A stretch of DNA of 63,808 nt, counting the filler, from an uncultured Gemmatimonadota bacterium (GTDB taxonomy: Bacteria; Blakebacterota; Blakebacteria; Blakebacterales; Blakebacteraceae): assembly GCA_964576115.1 (NCBI GenBank). It is 3 parts of 3 records of this genome, joined end to end, with 100 filler letters (N's around TTAATTAATTAA, not from the genome) between each part and the next. Parts side by side here need not be neighbours in the genome. Positions count along the whole stretch, not along the records: positions 1 to 27,254 come from CAZNUA010000046.1; 2 more parts are not named here. One strand, written 5' to 3'. The notes under the pieces are model-generated. The model made no database searches. It was not told the DNA's origin and worked only from the letters and a program-made list of their open reading frames with translations. The position numbers were made by a program, and so were the translations under genes. The number at the start of each line of letters is the position of its first letter. The stretch's first letter is position 1. Below, in pieces: positions 9,643-17,876 of the stretch.

Positions 9643-10972
9643 CGACGATGTCGAAATCCGCGAATCCCTCGCGGCTCTCATTGCCAGAACCGGGTGGGAG
9701 GTCACCCAGGCCGGCGACGGTCTCGAGGCCCTGCGGGCGATCGAAGAGTCCCCGCCGCACCTGCTGCTGCTCGATCTGAAAATGCCCGAAAAGGGGGGGG
9801 AACAGGTACTCGAGGAAGTCCGTTTCCTCGAACCCGATCTGCCGGTTGTGATCCTGACCGGCCATGGTGACATCGAGGGCGCCGTGCGGGCGATGAAACT
9901 CGGGGCTCATGATTTCCTGACCAAACCGCCCGATCCCGATCACCTGCTGCTGGTGCTCGAACGGGCGGTGGAACGCAAAGCCCTCGAACGGGAAGTCTCC
10001 CGCACCCGCCGCACGCTGGCCGAAACCTTTGCGATCGTCGGCGGCGAAGCGCCGGCCATGCAGACCTTTCTCGATCAGCTCGAAAAAGTCGCTGCAACCG
10101 AGGCCACGGTCCTGCTGATGGGGGAGACCGGCACCGGCAAGGAACTCGCCGCCCGGGCCATCTGGGCCGACGGGCCCCGGTCCGGGGCTCCGTTCGTGGT
10201 CGTGAACTGCGCCACGCTGAGTGAAACCCTGCTTGAGTCCGATCTCTTCGGCCACGAAAAAGGTGCCTTCACCGGGGCGGTAGCCGGCAAGAAGGGCATG
10301 GTCGAAGAAGCCGACGGCGGCACGCTCTTTCTCGACGAGGTGGGCGAACTGCCCGCGCCGGTGCAGGCAAAGCTGTTGCGGGTGATCGAGTACGGCGAGT
10401 TCCAGCGGGTCGGTTCGACCGTCGCCCGGCACAGCGATGTGCGCGTGATCGCGGCCACCAACCGCGACCTCGAAGCCGAGATCGAAGCCGGCAGCTTCCG
10501 CAGCGATCTCTTTCACCGTCTCAGCGTGGTGACCCTGACAGTACCACCCCTGCGGGAGCGGCTCGAAGATCTGCCGGCGATCGTGAACCACCACCTGAAA
10601 CTGCTCGGAGCCGAACTCGGTCGACCGATCCAGGACCTGGAACCCGAGGTCTGGGAGAGGCTGTCGGCCTACGACTGGCCGGGCAACGTCCGGGAAGTAC
10701 GCAACGTGCTCGAACGCGGTCTGGTCCTCAGCCCCGACGGCCAGATCCACGCCGAAGATATCCCCCGGCCGGGAGAGGCGAAAGCCGGTGGAAGGGCGGA
10801 GATCGAGGTTCCCCCGGGTACCACGCTGGCCGAGGCGATGGAGACCTATAAGCGCTGGATGATCAGGCGGACTCTGGAAGCCTGCGAAGGCAATCAGACG
10901 AAAGCGGCGGATATGCTCGATATCCACCGCTCGTCGCTGAACCGGATGCTGAAGGAACTCGATCTGCGTTAG
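9620..10972 (+). CDS. NtrC-family sigma54-dependent response regulator
   Basis: REC domain (DD, DLKMP, TGHG, KP), Walker A GETGTGKE, GAFTGA, FLDEVGE, WPGNVRE, C-terminal Fis-type HTH. Confidence 0.95.
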   Translation: MRRLLIADDDVEIRESLAALIARTGWEVTQAGDGLEALRAIEESPPHLLLLDLKMPEKGGEQVLEEVRFLEPDLPVVILTGHGDIEGAVRAMKLGAHDFLTKPPDPDHLLLVLERAVERKALEREVSRTRRTLAETFAIVGGEAPAMQTFLDQLEKVAATEATVLLMGETGTGKELAARAIWADGPRSGAPFVVVNCATLSETLLESDLFGHEKGAFTGAVAGKKGMVEEADGGTLFLDEVGELPAPVQAKLLRVIEYGEFQRVGSTVARHSDVRVIAATNRDLEAEIEAGSFRSDLFHRLSVVTLTVPPLRERLEDLPAIVNHHLKLLGAELGRPIQDLEPEVWERLSAYDWPGNVREVRNVLERGLVLSPDGQIHAEDIPRPGEAKAGGRAEIEVPPGTTLAEAMETYKRWMIRRTLEACEGNQTKAADMLDIHRSSLNRMLKELDLR

Positions 10973-11015
10973 GAATCTCTAAACCGGAGGAAAAGTACTC
11001 AGAGGGAGGAATGTC

Positions 11016-11231
11016 ATGGCTGACAGTGTCTACAAAGTCATCGAGCTGGTGGGTTCGAGCCCCGAATCGTGGGAGAAGGCCGTGCAGGCCGCCATCGACA
11101 CCGCCTCGAAGTCGATCCGGGATATGCGGATCGCCGAGGTGGGCGAACTCGACGTCCAGCTCGAAGAGGGCAGGATCAAGAGCTACCGGGCCAAGGTGAA
11201 GGTCAGCTTCAAGTACCACACCGAGGAGTAG
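11016..11231 (+). CDS. Dodecin family protein
   Basis: VYKVIELVGSS.ESWE.A...A...ASK..R...Y.AKVKVSFK, 71 aa, strong SD GGAGGA. Confidence 0.92.
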   Translation: MADSVYKVIELVGSSPESWEKAVQAAIDTASKSIRDMRIAEVGELDVQLEEGRIKSYRAKVKVSFKYHTEE

Positions 11232-11504
11232 GCACGGCGAGGGTTCCCTTGCTCGGGCAGTCCCAGGTCGTCGCGGACAGGGGGGAGAGATCACCCTCCA
11301 CCGGCTAGGCATTTATCGGTCGGGGGGGTGAAATGTGTCAAGCAGGCAGGGATTGCCATTCAGCTTTAAACATCTGACTCCTCGCCCCGTCCGAGTATCC
11401 AGGAGCCTGTCTGAACAATCGGCACCAGCGCTGACTGAAACGTGTGAAATACTCCAACAGGTTCCTATAGGAAGCGACGATCCTCTCCTGACCTGGATGG
11501 TGAT

Positions 11505-11621
11505 GTGAGATTTTCTGTCATCGCAGCGGTCATCCTGCAAATGCTTCTGTCAGGACAGGTGCAGGCCCAGTGTCGGACAGACCACCGGATCATCCGGACC
11601 GGGATCGAACCCGAACCATGA
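11505..11621 (+). CDS. Possible 38-aa secreted peptide (not in ORF track)
   Basis: GTG start, MRFSVIAAVILQMLLSGQVQA/QCRTDHRIIRTGIEPEP, signal-peptide-like. Stop overlaps the next ATG (ATGA). Confidence 0.35.
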   Translation: MRFSVIAAVILQMLLSGQVQAQCRTDHRIIRTGIEPEP

Positions 11622-12736
11622 CAGCTCCAGTATCCGGTCGATCCCTCCCCCCGATTCTGATCAGCCTCGTTCTGTTGTTCCCGGCTGCCTGCGGGCGCGG
11701 GGGTGGATCTGTCGCGGTGGAAGATGTGAGTCCCCTCATCTCGACTGAACCGCTTCACGAAGAGTGGCAGGAGGTGCTCGAGCTCGGGGAAGCGACGTTT
11801 TTCGGTGTGGAGGGACCGGCCGATCATCCGCTGATGTGGTTCAGCCCCATTGACCTGGCACCGGGACCGGGACACGGCGTGATCGTCACCGAAGAAAGCG
11901 AACCGGATGTGAAGCTGCTCGGTCCGGCCGGGAACGTGATCGCCACCTATGGCAACGGCTTCGGCAGCGGCCCGGGCGAGTTCCGCGATACGATCTGCTC
12001 GGTCTGGATACCCGGGACAGGAGTCCTGGTAGCGGATGGCCCGAACAACCGGATCAGTGTCTTCACCGAAAACGGTGACTACGTCCGGGAGATACATCCC
12101 AAGGTTCGAACCCATGTACTGGCTGTTTCCGCCGGGCGGTTGTGGACGTCCAGTTGGCTTTCCTCTGCGATTGATCGGGTGGTGATACTCGATCTGGAAA
12201 CAGGGGAAGCGCTGAAAGAACTCGGGGGACGTTATCGTGATGAACCCTGGGCGGAGAGATTCCGGGCGAATTGCTGCCTTTCCGGAGTACGTGACCGGAT
12301 GCTCCTGTCCGTTCCCTATCCCTACGAGATCCAACACTACTCACCCGATGGCGACCTGCTGGGTCTGTTCGGACGCCGGGTACATGGGCTCGGGCCACCG
12401 GAGGAAATCGATTTCGGTGCTGGAAGAGTACTGTGTATGTCACGCGGCGGGCAGGTCGGGCACGTGGCCGTATTTCCCGATAGTCACAGCCTGGTGGCGT
12501 TCTACGAACACATCGAGTCTGGAACGGTTGCGGGTGGCGGGACGCGGATCGAGTATGTGGGTTATTTCGACCTCTTCACGCCGGAGGAAACCTGGTTGAC
12601 TACGATCCCGGAAGCGGACCTGCTTCCCGGCCATGAGATCGGTGCCTGGACCATCGCCACCGACGGTGCTTTCTGGGGGGTCGTGTTCGGGGAGTTTCCC
12701 CGTATCGTACGCGTCCCGCTCCGCTTGCTCGACTGA
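11618..12736 (+). CDS. 6-bladed beta-propeller (NHL-like) lipoprotein
   Basis: Lipobox-like PAAC, G.G.GPGEF, VLVADGPNNRISVF..NG.Y repeats. Confidence 0.7.
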   Translation: MTAPVSGRSLPPILISLVLLFPAACGRGGGSVAVEDVSPLISTEPLHEEWQEVLELGEATFFGVEGPADHPLMWFSPIDLAPGPGHGVIVTEESEPDVKLLGPAGNVIATYGNGFGSGPGEFRDTICSVWIPGTGVLVADGPNNRISVFTENGDYVREIHPKVRTHVLAVSAGRLWTSSWLSSAIDRVVILDLETGEALKELGGRYRDEPWAERFRANCCLSGVRDRMLLSVPYPYEIQHYSPDGDLLGLFGRRVHGLGPPEEIDFGAGRVLCMSRGGQVGHVAVFPDSHSLVAFYEHIESGTVAGGGTRIEYVGYFDLFTPEETWLTTIPEADLLPGHEIGAWTIATDGAFWGVVFGEFPRIVRVPLRLLD

Positions 12737-12748
12737 TCGCGACCCCGA

Positions 12749-13642
12749 TCAGATAAGCGCATCCTCGGTCCAGCCGATCCTGACCAGTTCGATTTCGTCG
12801 AGATTGGCGATGCCCACGCCGTGACGGGTGTCGGCATAGCCCACGTGCTTGGAAGACACGACCCCGCGCGGGGGTCGCTCGTAGAAGCGGATGCGCATCT
12901 CTTCGAGCAGCTTGACGCCCAGAGCGTCGACCGCCACCGGATCGGTCGACACCAGCATACCCTTATACTGCCAGACGGCGTCGGTGTCGTAGCGGTGGGG
13001 ACCGATCGAGTGGAAGAAGGGGGTCAGCACCACCAGGATATTAAGCCGGGTCTTGCCGGCGCAGATCGGCAGTTTCCAGAGCCCACCCAGGTCGGCACAG
13101 ACGTCAGCGTGCCAGTCGGGCGGATTGTCGAAGGTGATGTAGTTCTTCAGACAGCCCCCGATTCCCGACCAGTCGTGAGCGCGCAGGGGGCGGGCGTTGA
13201 TCAGGGCGGTGGCCTGCCTGAAGATCGGATCGCTGCGCAGTCCCCGGTCACGGATGGATATCCTGTCGGCTGAGATGCCGACCGCCAGGGCCCGCTCCCT
13301 GATCGCCTCTTCGAGCGCGGGCGGGGTGCGCAGGGGACGGTAGACGTTGGTCTTGATGCCGAGTGTGTCGGCGGGATCGAGCAGCCGCCGCCAGACCGCT
13401 GCGGCATCGTCGTTTTCGAACAGGGTCAAGACGGCGTCATCGAGCATGCGGGCGATCACCGGCGCCCGTACCTCGCCTTCGTCATCGAGCACATTTTCGT
13501 CCCGCACCAGCACCACCCGCACGTGTCGCGGATCCTGACGGGCCAGAGCCCGGGCGGCGGGCAGTCCCAGGCTCATGGCGGCCGTGCCGGCTGCGGCCTC
13601 GCGCATGAAATCGCGGCGTGTGACGATTTTCGTTTCGCTCAT
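12749..13642 (-). CDS. DUF362 domain protein with Tat signal
   Basis: TRRDFM twin-arginine signal; GIKTN, LINA.PL..H...G.GG.LKN, STDPVAVD. Confidence 0.7.
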   Translation of the reverse strand: MSETKIVTRRDFMREAAAGTAAMSLGLPAARALARQDPRHVRVVLVRDENVLDDEGEVRAPVIARMLDDAVLTLFENDDAAAVWRRLLDPADTLGIKTNVYRPLRTPPALEEAIRERALAVGISADRISIRDRGLRSDPIFRQATALINARPLRAHDWSGIGGCLKNYITFDNPPDWHADVCADLGGLWKLPICAGKTRLNILVVLTPFFHSIGPHRYDTDAVWQYKGMLVSTDPVAVDALGVKLLEEMRIRFYERPPRGVVSSKHVGYADTRHGVGIANLDEIELVRIGWTEDALI

Positions 13643-13745
13643 GATGGGCTCCCTCCCGGATAGAATCGTAATAACCCCGTGCATCCCGCGGATAATCGGG
13701 TGAGTATCTCGATCCCGTCGGATACAGACCGGATTGACACCCCTT

Positions 13746-14624
13746 TCAGAAACCGGCCGCTTCCAGCAGTGCCCGGGCCCGTTCGGCGTCCGGTGAATCG
13801 AAGACGATCCCGACCACTGCCTCATCCCGTTCCAGGGCGCTCCACAGACCGTCCTCGACCTGTACGATCGCAACCTCCCCCGCTTCGGGCATCCAGGCTG
13901 ACCGGAAGGCGGCCGCCGCCGCGGCTGCCCGTTCGGCGTCCGGGTACCGCACCAGAAGCAGATAGGGATAGTCGGCGTCGAGTTCATAGGCGGCCAGAGC
14001 CGCCTCGGTCTCGGGTCCAAGCCCGAGCAGGTTCTCATCGGCCACGAACCAGTAGCGGTTCAGGTCGGTGTGCAGGTGGAAGTACCGGACCGATTCTGGA
14101 TCGCGATCGGTCTCTGGCAGACGTCGGAGAATCTCGGGCAGGGGGGCATCCGCGCCGATGCGTTCGGCGATAGCCCGCCCCAGGGCTTCGATCTCGGCTC
14201 TGATGCCATCTTCGTTTTCCAGGGCGAAGACACTGGCGTAGTAGCGGCCCCGCCAGAGGTTCAGGTGGCCGGTGACATAGCAGGCGCCCTGGCCGATGGC
14301 GGCATTTTCACCGGAACGGAAGCGGCTGAAGATCCCGTAAGCATCCCCTCCCGTGCTCATGTCGTAGATCTCGGCCGTGAGTTCGTTATCCCCGCGCTCG
14401 AAACGGCGCACCATCATGCCCCGGTACGCATAGGAGAGGAAGAGTTCGCCGGCGCCGTTCATGTAGTCGAAGATGGTACCGGTGTCGTAGGCGGTACTCT
14501 CGGTTGCCGTCCAGCCTTCCACCTCGGCCGGTATGAGCCCTTCGAGTTCTCTCACGAGCTTTCCTCCACTGCAGCCCGATGCGAGCAGTGTCAGCAGAAT
14601 GACAGTTGGAACCAGAGTGCGCAT
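13746..14624 (-). CDS. DUF6599-like lipoprotein
   Basis: Lipobox LASGC; IFDYMNGAGELF..Y, EIYDM...DAYGIFS, LWRGRYY. Confidence 0.65.
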   Translation of the reverse strand: MRTLVPTVILLTLLASGCSGGKLVRELEGLIPAEVEGWTATESTAYDTGTIFDYMNGAGELFLSYAYRGMMVRRFERGDNELTAEIYDMSTGGDAYGIFSRFRSGENAAIGQGACYVTGHLNLWRGRYYASVFALENEDGIRAEIEALGRAIAERIGADAPLPEILRRLPETDRDPESVRYFHLHTDLNRYWFVADENLLGLGPETEAALAAYELDADYPYLLLVRYPDAERAAAAAAAFRSAWMPEAGEVAIVQVEDGLWSALERDEAVVGIVFDSPDAERARALLEAAGF

Positions 14625-14749
14625 CGGTCCTCCCGGGATGCGGGCCGGCCAACATCATACAGGCGAGCCGGGCTCGAATACCAGCCGTCACCCGGGTCGG
14701 CCCGGTGCCTCTGCACAGAGAATCCCGGGGTCACGGCATGCACAATATC

Positions 14750-14778
14750 TTGACCGGACCGGAGGGGGGGCATACCCT
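14750..14778 (+). promoter_or_regulatory. Putative sigma70 promoter of the pyr operon
   Basis: TTGACC-17 bp-TACCCT. Confidence 0.5.
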
Positions 14779-14819
14779 ACGAGCCATGCGATGCACGGGA
14801 CAGACATAACCTGACCCGG

Positions 14820-14852
14820 AACCTCCCGCCCGACGGGCGCGGAGGTTTTTTT
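14820..14852 (+). terminator. Attenuator-type terminator in the pyrR leader
   Basis: AACCTCC-CGCCC-GAC-GGGCG-C-GGAGGTT hairpin with a T7 tail, between the promoter and the pyrR start. Confidence 0.8.
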
Positions 14853-14876
14853 CGACCCGAAATCCGGACCGATGCC

Positions 14877-15446
14877 ATGACTGCACGAGGTTCCAGCTCA
14901 CAACCCCCGGCGGCCGCCATCATCATGGATTCGGCGCAGATCCGCCGGGCTCTGAGACGGATCGCGCACGAGATCATCGAAAAGACCGCGGGGGCGGAGA
15001 ATCTGGCTCTGGTGGGAATCAAGACCCGCGGGGTGCCCCTGGCCCGGCGGCTGGCGGGCATGATCTGCGACACGGCCGAATGCGAGGTGCCGGTCGGAGT
15101 GCTCGACATCACCCTCTATCGGGATGATTTCCGCACCCGCGAAGAGGCTCCGATCGTGGGGCCGAGCGACATTCCCTTCACGGTCGATGGCCGTACGGTG
15201 GTGCTCGTAGACGATGTGCTCTACACCGGTCGTACGGTCAGGGCCGCACTGGACAGCCTCATGGATTACGGTCGGCCCGAGGTCATCCGGCTGGCGGTCC
15301 TGCTCGATCGGGGCCAGCGAGAGCTGCCGATCCGGGCCGATTTCGTCGGCCAGGAGATCCAGACCGAACAGGACAAGGAAGTCCGGGTCAAATTGAAGGA
15401 GATCGACGGCGAGGACGCCGTCCATCTCGTGAACGTCCCCGCCTGA
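14877..15446 (+). CDS. pyrR: Bifunctional pyr operon regulator/uracil phosphoribosyltransferase PyrR
   Basis: [55 protein letters not shown]. Confidence 0.96.
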   Translation: MTARGSSSQPPAAAIIMDSAQIRRALRRIAHEIIEKTAGAENLALVGIKTRGVPLARRLAGMICDTAECEVPVGVLDITLYRDDFRTREEAPIVGPSDIPFTVDGRTVVLVDDVLYTGRTVRAALDSLMDYGRPEVIRLAVLLDRGQRELPIRADFVGQEIQTEQDKEVRVKLKEIDGEDAVHLVNVPA

Positions 15447-15460
15447 ACGGAGAGCGACGC

Positions 15461-16411
15461 GTGACCAGCAAGAAACTGTCCATCAAGCATCTGACGGGTC
15501 TCGAGGGAGTGCCGGCGCGGGACATCACGACCCTGCTCGATACGGCCGAGACTTTTCGCGAGATCCTGGAACGTCCGATCAAGAAAGTGCCGACCCTGAC
15601 CGGGGTCACGGTCGTCAACTTCTTCTACGAAGCGTCGACCCGCACGCGGCTCTCCTTCGAACTGGCCGAAAAACGGCTTTCGGCCGACATCGTGAACTTC
15701 TCCACCTCGATTTCGAGCGTGAAGAAGGGGGAGACCCTGAAGGACACCATCCGCAATATCGAAGCCATGAAGATCGACATGGTCGTGATCCGGCACTCCC
15801 ATGCCGGGGCGGCCGATTACCTGGCCCGGGTCACCGACGCCGTCATCCTCAACGCCGGCGACGGCTGTCACGAGCATCCCACCCAGGGCCTGCTCGATTT
15901 GCTGACCATGCGCCAGCATCTCAAGCGGTCGTTCAAGGGCCTGCGGGTGGTCATGATCGGCGATTTCCGTCACTCCCGCGTGATCAGGAGCGACATCTGG
16001 GGCCTGAAAGCCCTGGGCGCTTCGGTGGCGGTCTGTGCTCCCCCCTCGCTGATGCCGCCCGGCGCCGAAGCCTTCGGGATCGATCTGTACGACGATCTCG
16101 ACGAAGCCCTCGAGGGCGCCGATGTAGCCAACGTGATGCGCATTCAGCTCGAGCGTCAGGAAGGCGGTCTGATCCCGAGCCTGCGCGAGTACAACCGCAC
16201 GTTCGGGATCACGCGGGAACGGCTGCGGCGTCCCGGTGTGAAGAAGGATCTCATGATCATGCACCCCGGTCCCATCAACCGGGGGGTAGAGATCGACACC
16301 GATATCGCCGACGGCCCGCAGTCGGTCATCCTGCGGCAGGTCACCAACGGGGTGGCGGTCCGCATGGCGGCCCTGGTTCTGCTGGCCCCGCAGAAGGAAC
16401 GCGGGGAGTAA
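15461..16411 (+). CDS. pyrB: Aspartate carbamoyltransferase catalytic subunit
   Basis: FYEASTRTRLSFE, NAGDG.HEHPTQGLLD, MHPGPINRGVEI. Confidence 0.97.
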   Translation: MTSKKLSIKHLTGLEGVPARDITTLLDTAETFREILERPIKKVPTLTGVTVVNFFYEASTRTRLSFELAEKRLSADIVNFSTSISSVKKGETLKDTIRNIEAMKIDMVVIRHSHAGAADYLARVTDAVILNAGDGCHEHPTQGLLDLLTMRQHLKRSFKGLRVVMIGDFRHSRVIRSDIWGLKALGASVAVCAPPSLMPPGAEAFGIDLYDDLDEALEGADVANVMRIQLERQEGGLIPSLREYNRTFGITRERLRRPGVKKDLMIMHPGPINRGVEIDTDIADGPQSVILRQVTNGVAVRMAALVLLAPQKERGE

Positions 16412-16477
16412 CAGGGCTCACAGTACCCGGAGACGGAGAAGCACATCCACAACGCCCAGGCAAGGACAGGCAATCAG

Positions 16478-17764
16478 GTGGCAGACATACTCATTTACGG
16501 CGGGCGGGTCATCGATCCGGCCCAGAACATCGACCGGAAGACCGATGTGGTGATCAGGCGCGGGCGGATCGAGAAGCTGGCTCGCGTACCGGCCGGCAGC
16601 CGGAGCGAATTCGGCACCGTCATCGATGCCCGGGGCAAAGTCGTCACGCCCGGGCTCATCGACCTGCACGTACACCTGCGCGAGCCCGGCCAGGAGCACA
16701 AGGAGACGATCGCGACCGGCACCCGGGCGGCCGCAGCGGGGGGCTTCACGGGTGTAGCCTGTATGCCGAACACGATCCCGGCCCTGGACGATGCCTCGCG
16801 CGTCAGACTGGTGATCGAGAAAGCCGAGGCGGTCCGTTTTCCGGTCTGGCCCATCGCCGCTGTCTCGGTCGGGCGCGAGGGCAAGGCCCTGGTCGAGATG
16901 GCCGAACTGGTCGAATGCGGTGCGGTGGCCTTCTCCGATGACGGCAATCCGGTCGCCGACGCCCACCTGATGCGCACCGCCCTGGAGTACTCGCGCATGC
17001 TCGAGGTGCCGATTGTCGAACATGCCGAGGAGAAATCCCTGACCGTCCTCGGTTCGATGCATGAGGGCCGTCCTGCAGCCCTGCTCGGTGTGCGCGGCAT
17101 GCCCGGTCTCGCCGAAGATGTCATCGTCGCCCGGGATATCCTGATTGCCGAGTACACCGGCGGCCACCTGCACATCGCCCACCTCTCCACCGCCCGCTCG
17201 CTGGCTCTGGTCAAAGAGGCGAAGAAGCGCGGCGTGCGCGTGACCTGCGAAGTCACGCCCCACCACCTGACTCTGACCGATGAGGACGTGCGTGCTTCGG
17301 GGCTCGATACCCACTGGAAGATGTCTCCACCGCTGCGCTCCGCCGATGACGTCAAAGCCCTGCGGCGCGGTCTGGCCGACGGCACGATCGACTGCATCGC
17401 CACCGATCACGCCCCTCACCATGCCGATGACAAGGACTGCACTTTCGAAGAAGCGGCCTTCGGAATCGTGGGTCTCGAGACGGCTCTGGGAGTGGTGCTG
17501 AATGATCTGGTCGCCCCCGGCGTGATCGATCTGCCCCAGGCTGTAGCCCTGCTGACCTCGAAACCGGCCGAGGTCTTCAACCTGCCCGTCGGCACTTTGC
17601 GCAAGGGCACCGAAGCCAATGTCACGGTCATCGACCCCGAAGAAGAGTGGACGGTCGATCCCGCCGCTTTTGCATCCAAGGGAGTCAACACCCCGTGGGC
17701 CGGGCGAACCCTCACGGGACGGGCCACCGACGTGGTGGTGCAGGGGCGACGCTACCCGCTGTAA
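16478..17764 (+). CDS. pyrC: Dihydroorotase (type I)
   Basis: PGLIDLHVHLREPG, GGFT...MPNT, ATDHAPH. Confidence 0.95.
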   Translation: MADILIYGGRVIDPAQNIDRKTDVVIRRGRIEKLARVPAGSRSEFGTVIDARGKVVTPGLIDLHVHLREPGQEHKETIATGTRAAAAGGFTGVACMPNTIPALDDASRVRLVIEKAEAVRFPVWPIAAVSVGREGKALVEMAELVECGAVAFSDDGNPVADAHLMRTALEYSRMLEVPIVEHAEEKSLTVLGSMHEGRPAALLGVRGMPGLAEDVIVARDILIAEYTGGHLHIAHLSTARSLALVKEAKKRGVRVTCEVTPHHLTLTDEDVRASGLDTHWKMSPPLRSADDVKALRRGLADGTIDCIATDHAPHHADDKDCTFEEAAFGIVGLETALGVVLNDLVAPGVIDLPQAVALLTSKPAEVFNLPVGTLRKGTEANVTVIDPEEEWTVDPAAFASKGVNTPWAGRTLTGRATDVVVQGRRYPL

Positions 17765-17772
17765 TTTCCGCC

Positions 17773-17832
17773 GGATCCTGTTCTATCCCCGGATCCGTTT
17801 CTGGACCTGGATACGTTTCTGATCCGGGAACC
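17773..17832. repeat. Imperfect 18-bp tandem repeat between convergent pyrC and choD-like genes
   Basis: GGATCCTGTTCT (17773), GGATCCGTTTCT (17791), GGATACGTTTCT (17809), partial GGAACC (17827). Confidence 0.55.
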
Positions 17833-17876
17833 GGGAACCTCCCCGGTTCTCCTCCCACGGGTGCGGCTGAACCCGG

